Positions 1-7,795 of a stretch of DNA of 32,000 bases are shown here, piece by piece. How positions within the stretch are numbered: position 1 is the stretch's first letter; each line of letters starts with the position of its first letter. Below the pieces are notes generated by a model, which was not told where the DNA came from, searched no databases, and was given only the letters and a program-made list of their open reading frames with translations. The DNA is from Kiritimatiella glycovorans (GTDB taxonomy: Bacteria; Verrucomicrobiota; Kiritimatiellia; Kiritimatiellales; Kiritimatiellaceae): positions 2,400,001-2,432,000 of the forward strand of contig NZ_CP010904.1 in assembly GCF_001017655.1 (NCBI RefSeq), written 5' to 3'. The translations under genes were made by a program, and so were the position numbers.

Positions 1-2
1 AG

Positions 3-1421
3 TACGGCAAGCAATTCGTCGCGATCCTCCTCGGCGAAGGCCTGCTGGCCTTCGCACTGGTGGGGGTGCCGTGCGGACTGCTGGTCTACCTGATTACCGG
101 CGATATGATGGTTTCGGTCTCCTCGGGGGTGGTCTTCGGAGCGATTGCTTCGGCGACGGACCCGGCCTCGACGATGGATGTGCTCTGGGAATACCGCGCG
201 GCGGGGGCGCTGACGACCGCGATCATCGCGATCGTGGCCCTGGATGATGCGCTGGCGATGACCCTGTACGGGCTGGGCACGGGGGTTGCACGCATCCTGA
301 CGCGACACGGAGGATCGATCTGGCCGCAGGTCGTGCACACGGTCGTCGAACTCGGGGGCGCCGTGGTGCTCGGCGTCGCGGCGGGCTGGGGTCTGAGCCG
401 CGGTATCCGCGCCGGGGTGCAGAAAGACCGGACCCTGGCCCTGACCCTGGCGGTCCTGATGCTCGCGGTCGGGATTTCGCTGACGCTGAAACTCGATGTC
501 GTCCTGGCCGCCATGGCGACGGGGGTCACGCTGATCCATCTCGTCCCGCACCGTTCACGCGAACTGTTCCATGCGGTGCGTGCCTTCAGCGCCCCGGTCT
601 ATATCCTCTTCTTCGTGCTGGTCGGCGCGAGACTGGGGCTCGCCGCGATGCCCCTCTGGATCTGGGCGCTCGCCGCCGTCTATGTCATCGCCCGCAGCAT
701 CGGCAAGATGGCCGGCGCCTGGCTCGGGGGAACCCTGTCCGGCGCGGAACCCGTCGTACGCAACGGCCTCGGATCGGCCATCTTCGCGCAGGGCGGCGTG
801 GCGGTGGGACTCTCGATCATGGCCGGCCACCACCTCTCCGGCATTCCGCTGGGCAACGGGATGAATGTCGGAGATATGATTATTTTCACGGTCACGGCCA
901 CGACCCTGATCGTTCAGCTCGTCGGCCCGCCCGTGACGAGGTGGGCCGTGCAGCGCGCGGACGAGACCGGCCGCAATGTGACGGAGGAGGACGTCATGGA
1001 CGCCATGACGGTGGCCGATGTCATGAACACCGACATGGAGCCCCTGCCCTCGCACGTGCCCCTCCGGCGCGCCTACGACCTGTTCGCCGAAACCGATGCC
1101 TCGGCGTGTCCGGTCATCGGTCGCAACGGGAATCTCGAGGGGCTGATGACCTTTCACGGGCTGAAGGAGGCACTCTGCGAACCGGGATGCCTGGACTGGC
1201 TCCTGATCGGCGACGTGGCGGGTGCGGCGGACACGACGGTCGAATCGGGGCGCAATCTCGGCGAGGCCCTGCACGAGATGGACCAGATGCAGAGGGACAT
1301 CGTTCCGGTCGTACTGAGCAGGGGCGACGAGATGCCCGCGGGACTGCTGGAACGCGGCCGCGCGCGGCGGCGGGTGCGCGAGGAACTGATGCGGCGCCGC
1401 GGCGGAACCGCAACGCGATGA
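3..1421 (+). CDS. Cation:proton antiporter (Na+/H+ exchanger family), 5'-truncated by window edge, with C-terminal CBS-domain pair
   Basis: Frame is open from base 3, and the tracked ORF 60..1421 continues upstream without a stop. The protein has multiple hydrophobic Gly/Ala-rich TM segments typical of CPA antiporters. Its C-terminal ~130 aa has two CBS-like units (VMDAMTVADVM...PVIGRNGNLEGLMT; ...DIVPVVLSRGDEMPAGLLER). Confidence 0.8.
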   Translation, partial: YGKQFVAILLGEGLLAFALVGVPCGLLVYLITGDMMVSVSSGVVFGAIASATDPASTMDVLWEYRAAGALTTAIIAIVALDDALAMTLYGLGTGVARILTRHGGSIWPQVVHTVVELGGAVVLGVAAGWGLSRGIRAGVQKDRTLALTLAVLMLAVGISLTLKLDVVLAAMATGVTLIHLVPHRSRELFHAVRAFSAPVYILFFVLVGARLGLAAMPLWIWALAAVYVIARSIGKMAGAWLGGTLSGAEPVVRNGLGSAIFAQGGVAVGLSIMAGHHLSGIPLGNGMNVGDMIIFTVTATTLIVQLVGPPVTRWAVQRADETGRNVTEEDVMDAMTVADVMNTDMEPLPSHVPLRRAYDLFAETDASACPVIGRNGNLEGLMTFHGLKEALCEPGCLDWLLIGDVAGAADTTVESGRNLGEALHEMDQMQRDIVPVVLSRGDEMPAGLLERGRARRRVREELMRRRGGTATR

Positions 1422-1428
1422 CGTCTTC

Positions 1429-1818
1429 TCACACCCTGACGATCTGGGGCAGCAGCGAAAAGTGGTCGTCGCGGGAGTAGAGGATCAGGTCGTGCTGCAC
1501 GGCCAGCGCCGCGATCCAGATATCGTGCGTCGGGATCGGTCTTCCGAGCATGCGCAGCTGCGCGAAAATGCGTCCGTAGTGATGACTGGTATCTTCATCC
1601 GGCCTCAACACGGCGACCCGTTCCGAGTTGAGAAACGTCGTCAGCCCCCGCTCGTTGCGGCGTGCGAGCGTCCCGCAGAGAAACCCGGCCCTCAGTTCGG
1701 CCAGCACAATCAGCGGCATGAATATATTTCGGGCGCGCCGCACCACCTGCAGGGCCTCCCGATCTCCGGAACAGAAATCACAGTATCGGTTCGTGTCGAT
1801 TAAAAGGTTCATCTCCAC
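1429..1818 (-). CDS. vapC: PIN-domain toxin VapC (type II TA ribonuclease)
   Basis: 129 aa with an N-terminal LLIDTN motif (PIN acidic residue), a central LAELRAG segment, and a C-terminal IPTHDIWIAALAV...LYSRDDHF pattern. Its start overlaps the stop of the upstream antitoxin gene by 10 nt. Confidence 0.85.
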   Translation of the reverse strand: MEMNLLIDTNRYCDFCSGDREALQVVRRARNIFMPLIVLAELRAGFLCGTLARRNERGLTTFLNSERVAVLRPDEDTSHHYGRIFAQLRMLGRPIPTHDIWIAALAVQHDLILYSRDDHFSLLPQIVRV

Positions 1819-2069
1819 AGGTCCTCATCGATCTGCTCGAACGCCTTCAGGGCCTCGTCAAACGCGGGATCTTCCACCCAGCTCCCCGACACCGCATCAA
1901 GATCATGGTGTTCGATCGGCTCCTCGCCCACCCCCGCCGACGCCGACAGAGCCTCCACCGCCACATAATTCAGGCTGCGCCCTTCCCGGACGGCCTGCGC
2001 CCGCAGACGCCGGTCCACCTCCGGAGGCACATCGCGAATCGTATACTGGATTTTATGCCTCTTTTTCAT
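1809..2069 (-). CDS. vapB: VapB/FitA-like ribbon-helix-helix antitoxin
   Basis: MKKRHKIQYTIRDVPPEVDRRLRAQAVREGRSLNYVAVEAL is a typical Arc/MetJ-type RHH N-terminus. The gene overlaps vapC. The start is uncertain: alternatives are ATG at 2099 or TTG at 2105. Confidence 0.7.
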   Translation of the reverse strand: MKKRHKIQYTIRDVPPEVDRRLRAQAVREGRSLNYVAVEALSASAGVGEEPIEHHDLDAVSGSWVEDPAFDEALKAFEQIDEDLWR

Positions 2070-2108
2070 GCCTGCTATGATGGCACTTTTTGCCTTCATC
2101 TGCAAGGA

Positions 2109-2129
2109 TTACTGAGTAAAAATCAGTAA
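2109..2129 (-). promoter_or_regulatory. Perfect 7-bp inverted repeat (TTACTGA-N7-TCAGTAA) upstream of vapB; candidate TA autoregulation operator
   Basis: Arms lie at 2109-2115 and 2123-2129. The repeat sits in an AT-rich tandem 10-mer (AGTAAAAATC x2) directly upstream of the vapB start candidates. Type II TA promoters commonly carry antitoxin-binding palindromes. Confidence 0.4.
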
Positions 2130-2232
2130 AAATCGAAATCGGGATTCACCACTGAGGCCACAGAGGATGCCGGGTTCGGGTTGGGAACCGCCGGCACGGA
2201 TGCGGATGAAGAATCGGGACTCACCACGAAGG

Positions 2233-2344
2233 ATACGAAGGACAACCGGGGGGGGAAGAACGAAGCCGGCCGGGTCAGGCTTCAGGACCGAAAATATCCC
2301 CCACCCCCTCGAGCACATGGCCCGGGCGGTAGGGATAGTTCTGC
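2233..2344. repeat. Copy A of a perfect 112-bp direct repeat (partner 4142..4253); carries a duplicated 3' fragment of the HAD gene
   Basis: By manual alignment, 2233-2344 is identical to 4142-4253 (offset 1909). Copy A contains the last ~22 codons plus stop of the HAD gene (2275-2344, minus strand) without the rest of the gene. Confidence 0.9.
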
Positions 2345-2455
2345 GGGGGTCCCGATTCGGAAGTCAGGAGTGCCGGTCTACTATGACGGACAGGATAAAG
2401 GGCTCGAGAAAGCGGTTCGATTACGTGTATCCGGGTAAGTGTTGCGGTGAAGAAT

Positions 2456-2522
2456 GCGGTTAAGGGTTCGTGGAAGGGCGCAGTCCACACTTCAGCGGAC
2501 CCTTCGTCGCCCACTTAACCGC
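2456..2522 (+). ncRNA. Candidate structured RNA in the IS110 left arm (possible bridge/seek-RNA stem-loop)
   Basis: A 9-bp outer stem GCGGTTAAG (2456-2464) / CTTAACCGC (2514-2522) encloses an inner stem GAAGGG (2473-2478) / CCCTTC (2500-2505). The structure lies ~140-200 nt upstream of the transposase ATG, where IS110-group guide RNAs are encoded. Confidence 0.3.
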
Positions 2523-2662
2523 CACCTTTACTCGGATACGCTTAATCGATCCGTCTTAAACGGCCTAATTTGGGATGATAACCATATAGAGGTTCTTTGA
2601 AATAGACGCTGGTCGAATGCAACGTACTCTTTGTTTAAGCAAAAACGAAAGGAGTACCGGAT

Positions 2663-3691
2663 ATGCAAACGACCAGCGCAAAGGAATTGTACGCAGGAGC
2701 CGACCTGCATGGAAACAATGTTTTTCTCTCGATTTGCGACCGGGAAGGCACGGAAGTCTTCCGGCGGCGGGTACGAACCACGCTCGATGCAGTCAATGAG
2801 GCGATGGATCCCTACTGGCCGCAGGTTCAGGCGATGGGGATTGAGTCCACGTTCAACTGGTACTGGCTGGTGGACGGCTTGCGTGAGCAGAACCGGGACG
2901 TGCGATTGGGGAATCCGGCGAAGATGAAACAGTACAAGGGGTTGAAACATGCCGATGACGCATCGGATGCTCGTTGGCTGGCCGAACTGCTCCGATTGGA
3001 TATTTTCCCGGAGAGCTACATTTATCCGAAGGAGGTTCGTTCGATTCGCGACGCGCTTCGACGCCGACAGCTGTTTGTCAGGCGGCGCACCCAGGTTATG
3101 CTCAGCCTGCAAAGCCTGCTGGAGCGTTACGGATTCAAGGCGCCGGGATCGCGTGCTCTTCAGCAGTGGACGCAGGCGGATGTCGAGGCGACGGGCCTTG
3201 ATCCGTTCGTACAGCTTCAACTCCGCACGTTGCTTGAGGCGGTCCAGTGCAGTGAGCGGCTGGCCGGACAGATCGAATCAGCGGTGCTGGGGTTTATTGA
3301 GCCCAACCCATCGTTTGAACAGGTTCAGACCGTGCCGGGCATCGGGAAGGCGCTTGGGATGACCATCGTGCTTGAAAGCGGCAACTTCGCCCGCTTCCCG
3401 AACGCGGGATGCTACGCCTCCTACTGCCGCGCCGTCAAAAGTGAGCGAAGTTCCAACAGCAGGAAGAAAGGTGAGAACAATAAGCGCAACGGCAATCCGT
3501 TTCTCGCATGGGCTTTCGTTGAAGCCGCGAGCTTCGCTCCGCGCTTTTATCCGGAGATTCAATCCTGGTATGACCGGAAGAAGAAAAAGCGCAACGCGAT
3601 TGTGGCGAAGAAGGCCTTGGCGGCAAAATTGTCCAAAGCCGTTTGGCATGTCATGAACGGGGAGGAATATGTAATGGGAATGTTGTTTTAA
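2663..3691 (+). CDS. IS110-family (DEDD) transposase/recombinase
   Basis: 342 aa. The N-terminus has a DEDD_Tnp_IS110-like segment (LYAGADLHGNNVFL...GIESTFNWYWL). The C-terminus has the Transposase_20 signature (VPGIGKALGMTIVLESGNFARFPNAGCYASYCRAV...SS...KKGENNKRNGNPFLAWAFVEAA). RBS AAAGGAG lies 7 nt upstream of the ATG. Confidence 0.9.
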   Translation: MQTTSAKELYAGADLHGNNVFLSICDREGTEVFRRRVRTTLDAVNEAMDPYWPQVQAMGIESTFNWYWLVDGLREQNRDVRLGNPAKMKQYKGLKHADDASDARWLAELLRLDIFPESYIYPKEVRSIRDALRRRQLFVRRRTQVMLSLQSLLERYGFKAPGSRALQQWTQADVEATGLDPFVQLQLRTLLEAVQCSERLAGQIESAVLGFIEPNPSFEQVQTVPGIGKALGMTIVLESGNFARFPNAGCYASYCRAVKSERSSNSRKKGENNKRNGNPFLAWAFVEAASFAPRFYPEIQSWYDRKKKKRNAIVAKKALAAKLSKAVWHVMNGEEYVMGMLF

Positions 3692-4141
3692 AACCCGATG
3701 CTGCCGGGAACCGGCTAGGGGTCTGCTTAAATCAGCGGACTGATTGGAACCGGCGGCATCGCTTCAGCTTTTGCGGTCTGTCCTGTCGTCAGCCTTCAAG
3801 GGTCTGGAAGTCTGCGTGCAGATGAACCACGGTGACTGAATAGGCAACGAGCGGGAACAAACGGTTTTCTGGCTCCAATACGAGAACGGGTGGCGGCCAT
3901 GGATCTGGAAAAGATTCGCCCTCACCTAAAAACCAGATGGGTGACTGAAACAACCGCAAACGAAAACCACGGTACGGAACGCAACGGTTGAGGCGACGGT
4001 TGAATCCGATCAAAACAAGGCATGAAGGGAAGCCGCTTGATCAGCGGCACGAAGGGGACTTTTGTGTTTGACCGGAACCTCTAATGGGTGACTCCTTTCA
4101 TTCAGTTAGAAACAGCCAAGCTTTGCTTGGCGCACCGAAGA

Positions 4142-4253
4142 ATACGAAGGACAACCGGGGGGGGAAGAACGAAGCCGGCCGGGTCAGGCTTCAGGACCGA
4201 AAATATCCCCCACCCCCTCGAGCACATGGCCCGGGCGGTAGGGATAGTTCTGC
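4142..4253. repeat. Copy B of the perfect 112-bp direct repeat (partner 2233..2344)
   Basis: Identical to 2233-2344. It overlaps the authentic 3' end of the HAD gene (4184-4253) plus 42 bp downstream of its stop. Confidence 0.9.
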
Positions 4254-4963
4254 AGGTCTTCACGGGAGCTTACGCCGCTGAGGACGAGGACCGTTTCGAT
4301 GCCGGCCTCGATGCCGGCGATGATGTCGGTGTCCATGCGGTCGCCGACGATGGCCGTCTCCTCCCGCCGGCAGCCGAGTTTTTTCAGCGCGCTGCGCATC
4401 ATCAGCGGATTGGGCTTGCCCGTGAAATAGGCTTTGCGGCCGGAGGTCATCTCGATCGGCGCAATCAGCGACCCGGTGGCGGGTACGAGGCCGCCCTCGG
4501 CCGGACCGGTGACGTCGGGATTGGTTCCGATCAGCCGTGCGCCCTTCAGCACGAGCGAAGCCGCGTGGCGCACGCGCTCGTAATTGTAGCTGCCCGTCTC
4601 GCCGACCACGACGTAATCGGGACAGACCTCATCGATCGAAAACCCCGCGTCGTAAAGGGCATTCGTGAGTCCCGGCTCGCCGATCACGTAGCACGACCCG
4701 CCCTCGCACTGCGACGCCAGGAAAGCGGCCGTCGCCATCGCGCTCGTGTAGAAGTGTTCCGCGTCGACGTCGAGTCCCAGCCGACGGAGTTTCTCGCTCA
4801 GCTCGCGCGGCGATCGCTGGCTGCTGTTGGTGAGGAAGAGGTAATGCCTGCCGCGGTCCTTCAGCGCCTGCAGAAAATCCTGCGCCCCGGAGAGCAGCAG
4901 GTCGCCGTGATAGATCACGCCGTCCATGTCGCAGATAAAGCCCTTTTTGCCGGTCAGTTTCAT
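4184..4963 (-). CDS. HAD-IIA family sugar/nucleotide phosphatase (NagD-like)
   Basis: 259 aa with motif I (FICDMDGVIY), TNSS, FTGKPNP and IVGDRMDTDIIAG, which is the classical NagD/HAD-IIA pattern. Confidence 0.85.
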   Translation of the reverse strand: MKLTGKKGFICDMDGVIYHGDLLLSGAQDFLQALKDRGRHYLFLTNSSQRSPRELSEKLRRLGLDVDAEHFYTSAMATAAFLASQCEGGSCYVIGEPGLTNALYDAGFSIDEVCPDYVVVGETGSYNYERVRHAASLVLKGARLIGTNPDVTGPAEGGLVPATGSLIAPIEMTSGRKAYFTGKPNPLMMRSALKKLGCRREETAIVGDRMDTDIIAGIEAGIETVLVLSGVSSREDLQNYPYRPGHVLEGVGDIFGPEA

Positions 4964-5136
4964 GCGGCCATTCTGACGAAGACCCCCGGCCCGGTGAAGC
5001 TCATTCGGCCTGAATTTAAGTGAGAGATTTACGATTGCATCGTAAATGCGGATCAGGATTTACCATGAAGGACATGAAGAGCGTGAAGGCTCGAGCACGA
5101 ATACGGTATTTCCCTGCGTGTCCCGATGTGGAACTC

Positions 5137-5159
5137 AGGCGGCCCCGCAGGGGCCGCCT
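5137..5159 (-). terminator. GC-rich hairpin downstream of the EF-hand gene (possible terminator, no clear U-tract on the minus strand)
   Basis: AGGCGGCCCC-GCA-GGGGCCGCCT forms a 10-bp perfect stem, 23 nt downstream of the stop at 5182. Confidence 0.35.
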
Positions 5160-5181
5160 TTCATGACGCTCGCCCACGGGG

Positions 5182-5640
5182 CTACTCGGCCCACGGACGC
5201 CGCCCGCCGCGGTCGCGGTCCCCGTCCGGACCGCCACGCCGCGCCCGTCGCTGCTGCATCTTCTCGCGCATCCGGCGATGGGCTCCATGCATTTCACGCG
5301 GGTCGAGTCCCCCGCTCTCGTCGGCGTCAATCCGGCGGAAGATTTCCGTGGACGAAGGCATCTTCGCGATCCGCTCGGGATCGATCCGGTCGCCCAGCCG
5401 CTCTTCGATTTTCGCCCGGCGCCGGTTATGAACGGCGCGGAATTCCTCGAGCGACAGCACACCGTCACCGTTGCGGTCCACCTGGCGAAAACGGTCCATC
5501 GCCTGTTTGCCCCGATCGCCGCGCGCTCCTTCCTCTCCGCGCCGCCCGCCCCGGGGCGGTCCATCCCAGTCCTGCGCCGTGGCCGCCGTAGCGATCAGTC
5601 CGGCGCATACGGCCGTCAGCATTTTTACTCCCGTCCTCAT
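5182..5640 (-). CDS. Secreted EF-hand calcium-binding protein
   Basis: The ATG at 5640 is preceded by AGGAGG. A signal-peptide-like N-terminus is present (MRTGVKMLTAVCAGLIATAATAQD). There are two EF-hand loops (DRNGDGVLSLEEF; DADESGGLDPREM). The longer tracked ORF (to 5751) is probably an over-extension. Confidence 0.75.
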   Translation of the reverse strand: MRTGVKMLTAVCAGLIATAATAQDWDGPPRGGRRGEEGARGDRGKQAMDRFRQVDRNGDGVLSLEEFRAVHNRRRAKIEERLGDRIDPERIAKMPSSTEIFRRIDADESGGLDPREMHGAHRRMREKMQQRRARRGGPDGDRDRGGRRPWAE

Positions 5641-5772
5641 CGTACATCCTCCTGTTTGAGGGGAACCCGTCGAGAGCCGGCCCGTCCGTGCTCTCTTCCG
5701 GTGCACAGAACGCAGGGGGTGGCCGTTTATTGCACGCCGTCGGGGCATCAAGCCGCATGCGTACCGCGCGCG

Positions 5773-6696
5773 CTACTTCCGCGGCGAGCCGCAGGGCACA
5801 TCCTCCATCCCGCAGGGTTCGTCGCCGGGCTCGAGTTCGAGCGTGGAATGGAAGATCTCATATCGGTCGAGTATTTCACGCGCTTCCTCGCGGATACCGC
5901 GCCGCCGCTCTCCCTTGAACGAGGGATCGATGACCACGTGGGCGGTAAATATATGGCGGACCCCGTCCATCGACCAGAGGTGGACATGATGCAGCGAGCG
6001 CACTCCTTCAATGCCGGTTAGTTCCGACTCGATCGCGACCGGGTCGAGATGCTCCGGGGTGCCCTGCAGAAAAACCTGCAGGATGCGCCGGAAATTGATC
6101 CAGACCCGGCGCAGGACCCAGATCGTGATCAGGATCGACAGGCCGGCGTCGAGGACGGGGATATCGCGGAAGACGAGCACGACGGCCGTCAACAGCACCG
6201 CGATCCAGCCGAGCACGTCTTCGAGCAGGTGCAGCAGCACGACGCGCGCATTCATCCCCTTCTGTCGGCGCAGCCGCAAAGCGGCCAGGCCGTTGACGAT
6301 CACGCCGAGCACCGCGAATGCGATCATGCCTTCGGCGTGCACCGGCTCGGGATTGAGGAGGCGCGGAACTGCGCGCCAGAGCACCGCCATGCCCCCGGCA
6401 ATCAGCACAATGGTGCTGATCAGTGCGCCGAGCAGCGAAAAGCGGCGGTAGCCGTATGAATAGTAGCGGTCGCGCCCGCGGCCGGAAAGACGTTCGAAAT
6501 ACCATGCCGACGCCAGCGCGAAACTGTCGCCCAGATCGTGTACCGCATCGGCGAGGATCGCCATGCTGTTCGTCCACAACCCTCCCGCAATTTCAAGAAC
6601 CGTGAACCCGGCGTTCAGGAAAAAAGCCACGCCGATACCGCTTTCACGGTCATGCGCGTGCTCGTGATGATGGGAGTGGTGCCGATGTTCAGTCAT
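5773..6696 (-). CDS. Cation diffusion facilitator (CzcD/ZitB-like Zn/Co/Cd efflux transporter)
   Basis: 307 aa with a His-rich N-terminus (HRHHSHHHEHAH), the TM2 motif LADAVHDLGD, the TM5 motif HLLEDVLGW, and a C-terminal cytoplasmic domain (HHVHLWS). Confidence 0.9.
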   Translation of the reverse strand: MTEHRHHSHHHEHAHDRESGIGVAFFLNAGFTVLEIAGGLWTNSMAILADAVHDLGDSFALASAWYFERLSGRGRDRYYSYGYRRFSLLGALISTIVLIAGGMAVLWRAVPRLLNPEPVHAEGMIAFAVLGVIVNGLAALRLRRQKGMNARVVLLHLLEDVLGWIAVLLTAVVLVFRDIPVLDAGLSILITIWVLRRVWINFRRILQVFLQGTPEHLDPVAIESELTGIEGVRSLHHVHLWSMDGVRHIFTAHVVIDPSFKGERRRGIREEAREILDRYEIFHSTLELEPGDEPCGMEDVPCGSPRK

Positions 6697-6781
6697 CGTT
6701 CACATTCAGTATTCGATGCCTCCTCGACCTCCGCTTCCCTGAGTGAAGAAAGGTCGATGAACAGGCCGGGGGCATCAGGCC

Positions 6782-7654
6782 TCACGATGCGGAGGACAGA
6801 TTCCGCTTCAACGCCTCGCGAACCTCGTCGAACGCGCGGGCCGAAGCGCTGCCGGCGGACTGCTGGTAACGCGTCAGCTCCCCGCGATCGCAGGCGCGCA
6901 CGACGCCGGGATCGATCGGGATGCGGCCGAGAAACGGCACATTCATCTGCTGCGCCATTTCCTCGCCGCCCCCCTGTTCAAAGATCGGGCTGACTTCCCC
7001 GCAGTTCGGACAGGCGAAACCGCTCATGTTCTCGACCACGCCGAGCACCGGAGTCTCGAGCTGCCGGCAGAAGGAAACGGATTTGCGGACGTCCTCGAGC
7101 GCCAGTTCCTGCGGGGTGGTGACGATGACCGCGCCGCTGACCTCGCCGATCGTCTGGATCACCCCCAGCGGCTCATCCCCCGTGCCCGGGGGGCAGTCGA
7201 CGATCAGGTATTCGCGCTCGTCCCAGTCCACTTCCGAGAGAAACTGCCGCAGTGCGGCGAGCTTGCGCGGGCCGCGCCAGATCACGGGGGTCTCGGGGGC
7301 CTCGAGCAGGAACCCGATCGACATCACATGCAGCAGCGGCGTCACCGGCACGGGCAGAATACGGCCCTCCGAACCCAGGACCTGCGACCCGGACAGATTG
7401 AACAGCCGGGGCACGCTCGGACCGTGGAGGTCGGCGTCCAGCAACCCTACGCGCTCGTCTTTCGAGAGAGCGGCCGCGAGATTCGCCGCCACGGTGCTCT
7501 TGCCGACTCCGCCCTTTCCCGACAGCACGAGCACCTTGTGCCGGATCCGCGCCATCGCGCATTTCAGCGCCATCTCCTGCGGATCGGCCTGCGCGCCGTC
7601 GCACTCGCCCGACGCCGCCGAAGGACATCCGTCACATGCATTCTCTTCGCTCAT
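6782..7654 (-). CDS. apbC: Mrp/NBP35/ApbC-family Fe-S cluster carrier ATPase
   Basis: Contains the deviant Walker A motif LSGKGGVGKST, a DCPPGTGDE motif, and a CPNCG cluster-ligand motif. The start is placed at ATG 7654 (GGGAGA upstream); the tracked ORF extends to a TTG at 7717. Confidence 0.85.
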   Translation of the reverse strand: MSEENACDGCPSAASGECDGAQADPQEMALKCAMARIRHKVLVLSGKGGVGKSTVAANLAAALSKDERVGLLDADLHGPSVPRLFNLSGSQVLGSEGRILPVPVTPLLHVMSIGFLLEAPETPVIWRGPRKLAALRQFLSEVDWDEREYLIVDCPPGTGDEPLGVIQTIGEVSGAVIVTTPQELALEDVRKSVSFCRQLETPVLGVVENMSGFACPNCGEVSPIFEQGGGEEMAQQMNVPFLGRIPIDPGVVRACDRGELTRYQQSAGSASARAFDEVREALKRNLSSAS

Positions 7655-7757
7655 TCGTCTTCTCCCTGTACGAACTGGAAAAGCGGAGATTATACTGCGT
7701 GCGTGCCGGATATACAAGCCTCTCCCGCCGTCCCCATCCCTCCGCCGACTTCAGCAT

Positions 7758-7786
7758 TTGACCCCGGCGCCGTTTCCAAGCAGAAT
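7758..7786 (+). promoter_or_regulatory. Candidate sigma70-type promoter for pyrK-pyrD (TTGACC-17 nt-CAGAAT)
   Basis: -35 TTGACC lies at 7758-7763 and -10-like CAGAAT at 7781-7786, 9 nt before the pyrK ATG, implying a very short or absent leader. This is pattern only. Confidence 0.25.
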
Positions 7787-7795
7787 GCCACGCTC

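Larger units (their letters stand above)
2345..4141 (+). mobile_element. IS110-family insertion sequence (approximate boundaries = sequence between the 112-bp direct repeats)
   Basis: A single DEDD/IS110-type transposase ORF has long non-coding arms (318 bp upstream, 450 bp downstream). GC content is visibly lower than the flanks. I could not recognise terminal inverted repeats, as expected for IS110. The exact ends are not determinable from one copy. Confidence 0.7.

Noticed and set aside
2275-2514. 79-aa ORF on the minus strand ending in ...NYPYRPGHVLEGVGDIFGPEA.
   Set aside because: Its C-terminus is the duplicated 3' fragment of the HAD gene (copy A of the 112-bp repeat), fused to IS left-arm sequence. 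It is a chimeric artefact, not an independent gene.
3789-4013. 74-aa minus-strand ORF inside the IS110 right arm, and small ORFs 4084..4281 and 2167..2463.
   Set aside because: They have no RBS or recognisable motif and overlap the region more plausibly acting as structured non-coding DNA/RNA of the IS. The 2167/2181 and 4084/4088 ORFs owe their similarity to the 112-bp duplication.
2233-4253. Interpreting the 112-bp flanking direct repeat as a transposition target-site duplication.
   Set aside because: DEDD/IS110-family recombination is not known to generate long staggered-cut duplications. 112 bp is far outside any known TSD length. It is kept as an unexplained observation instead.
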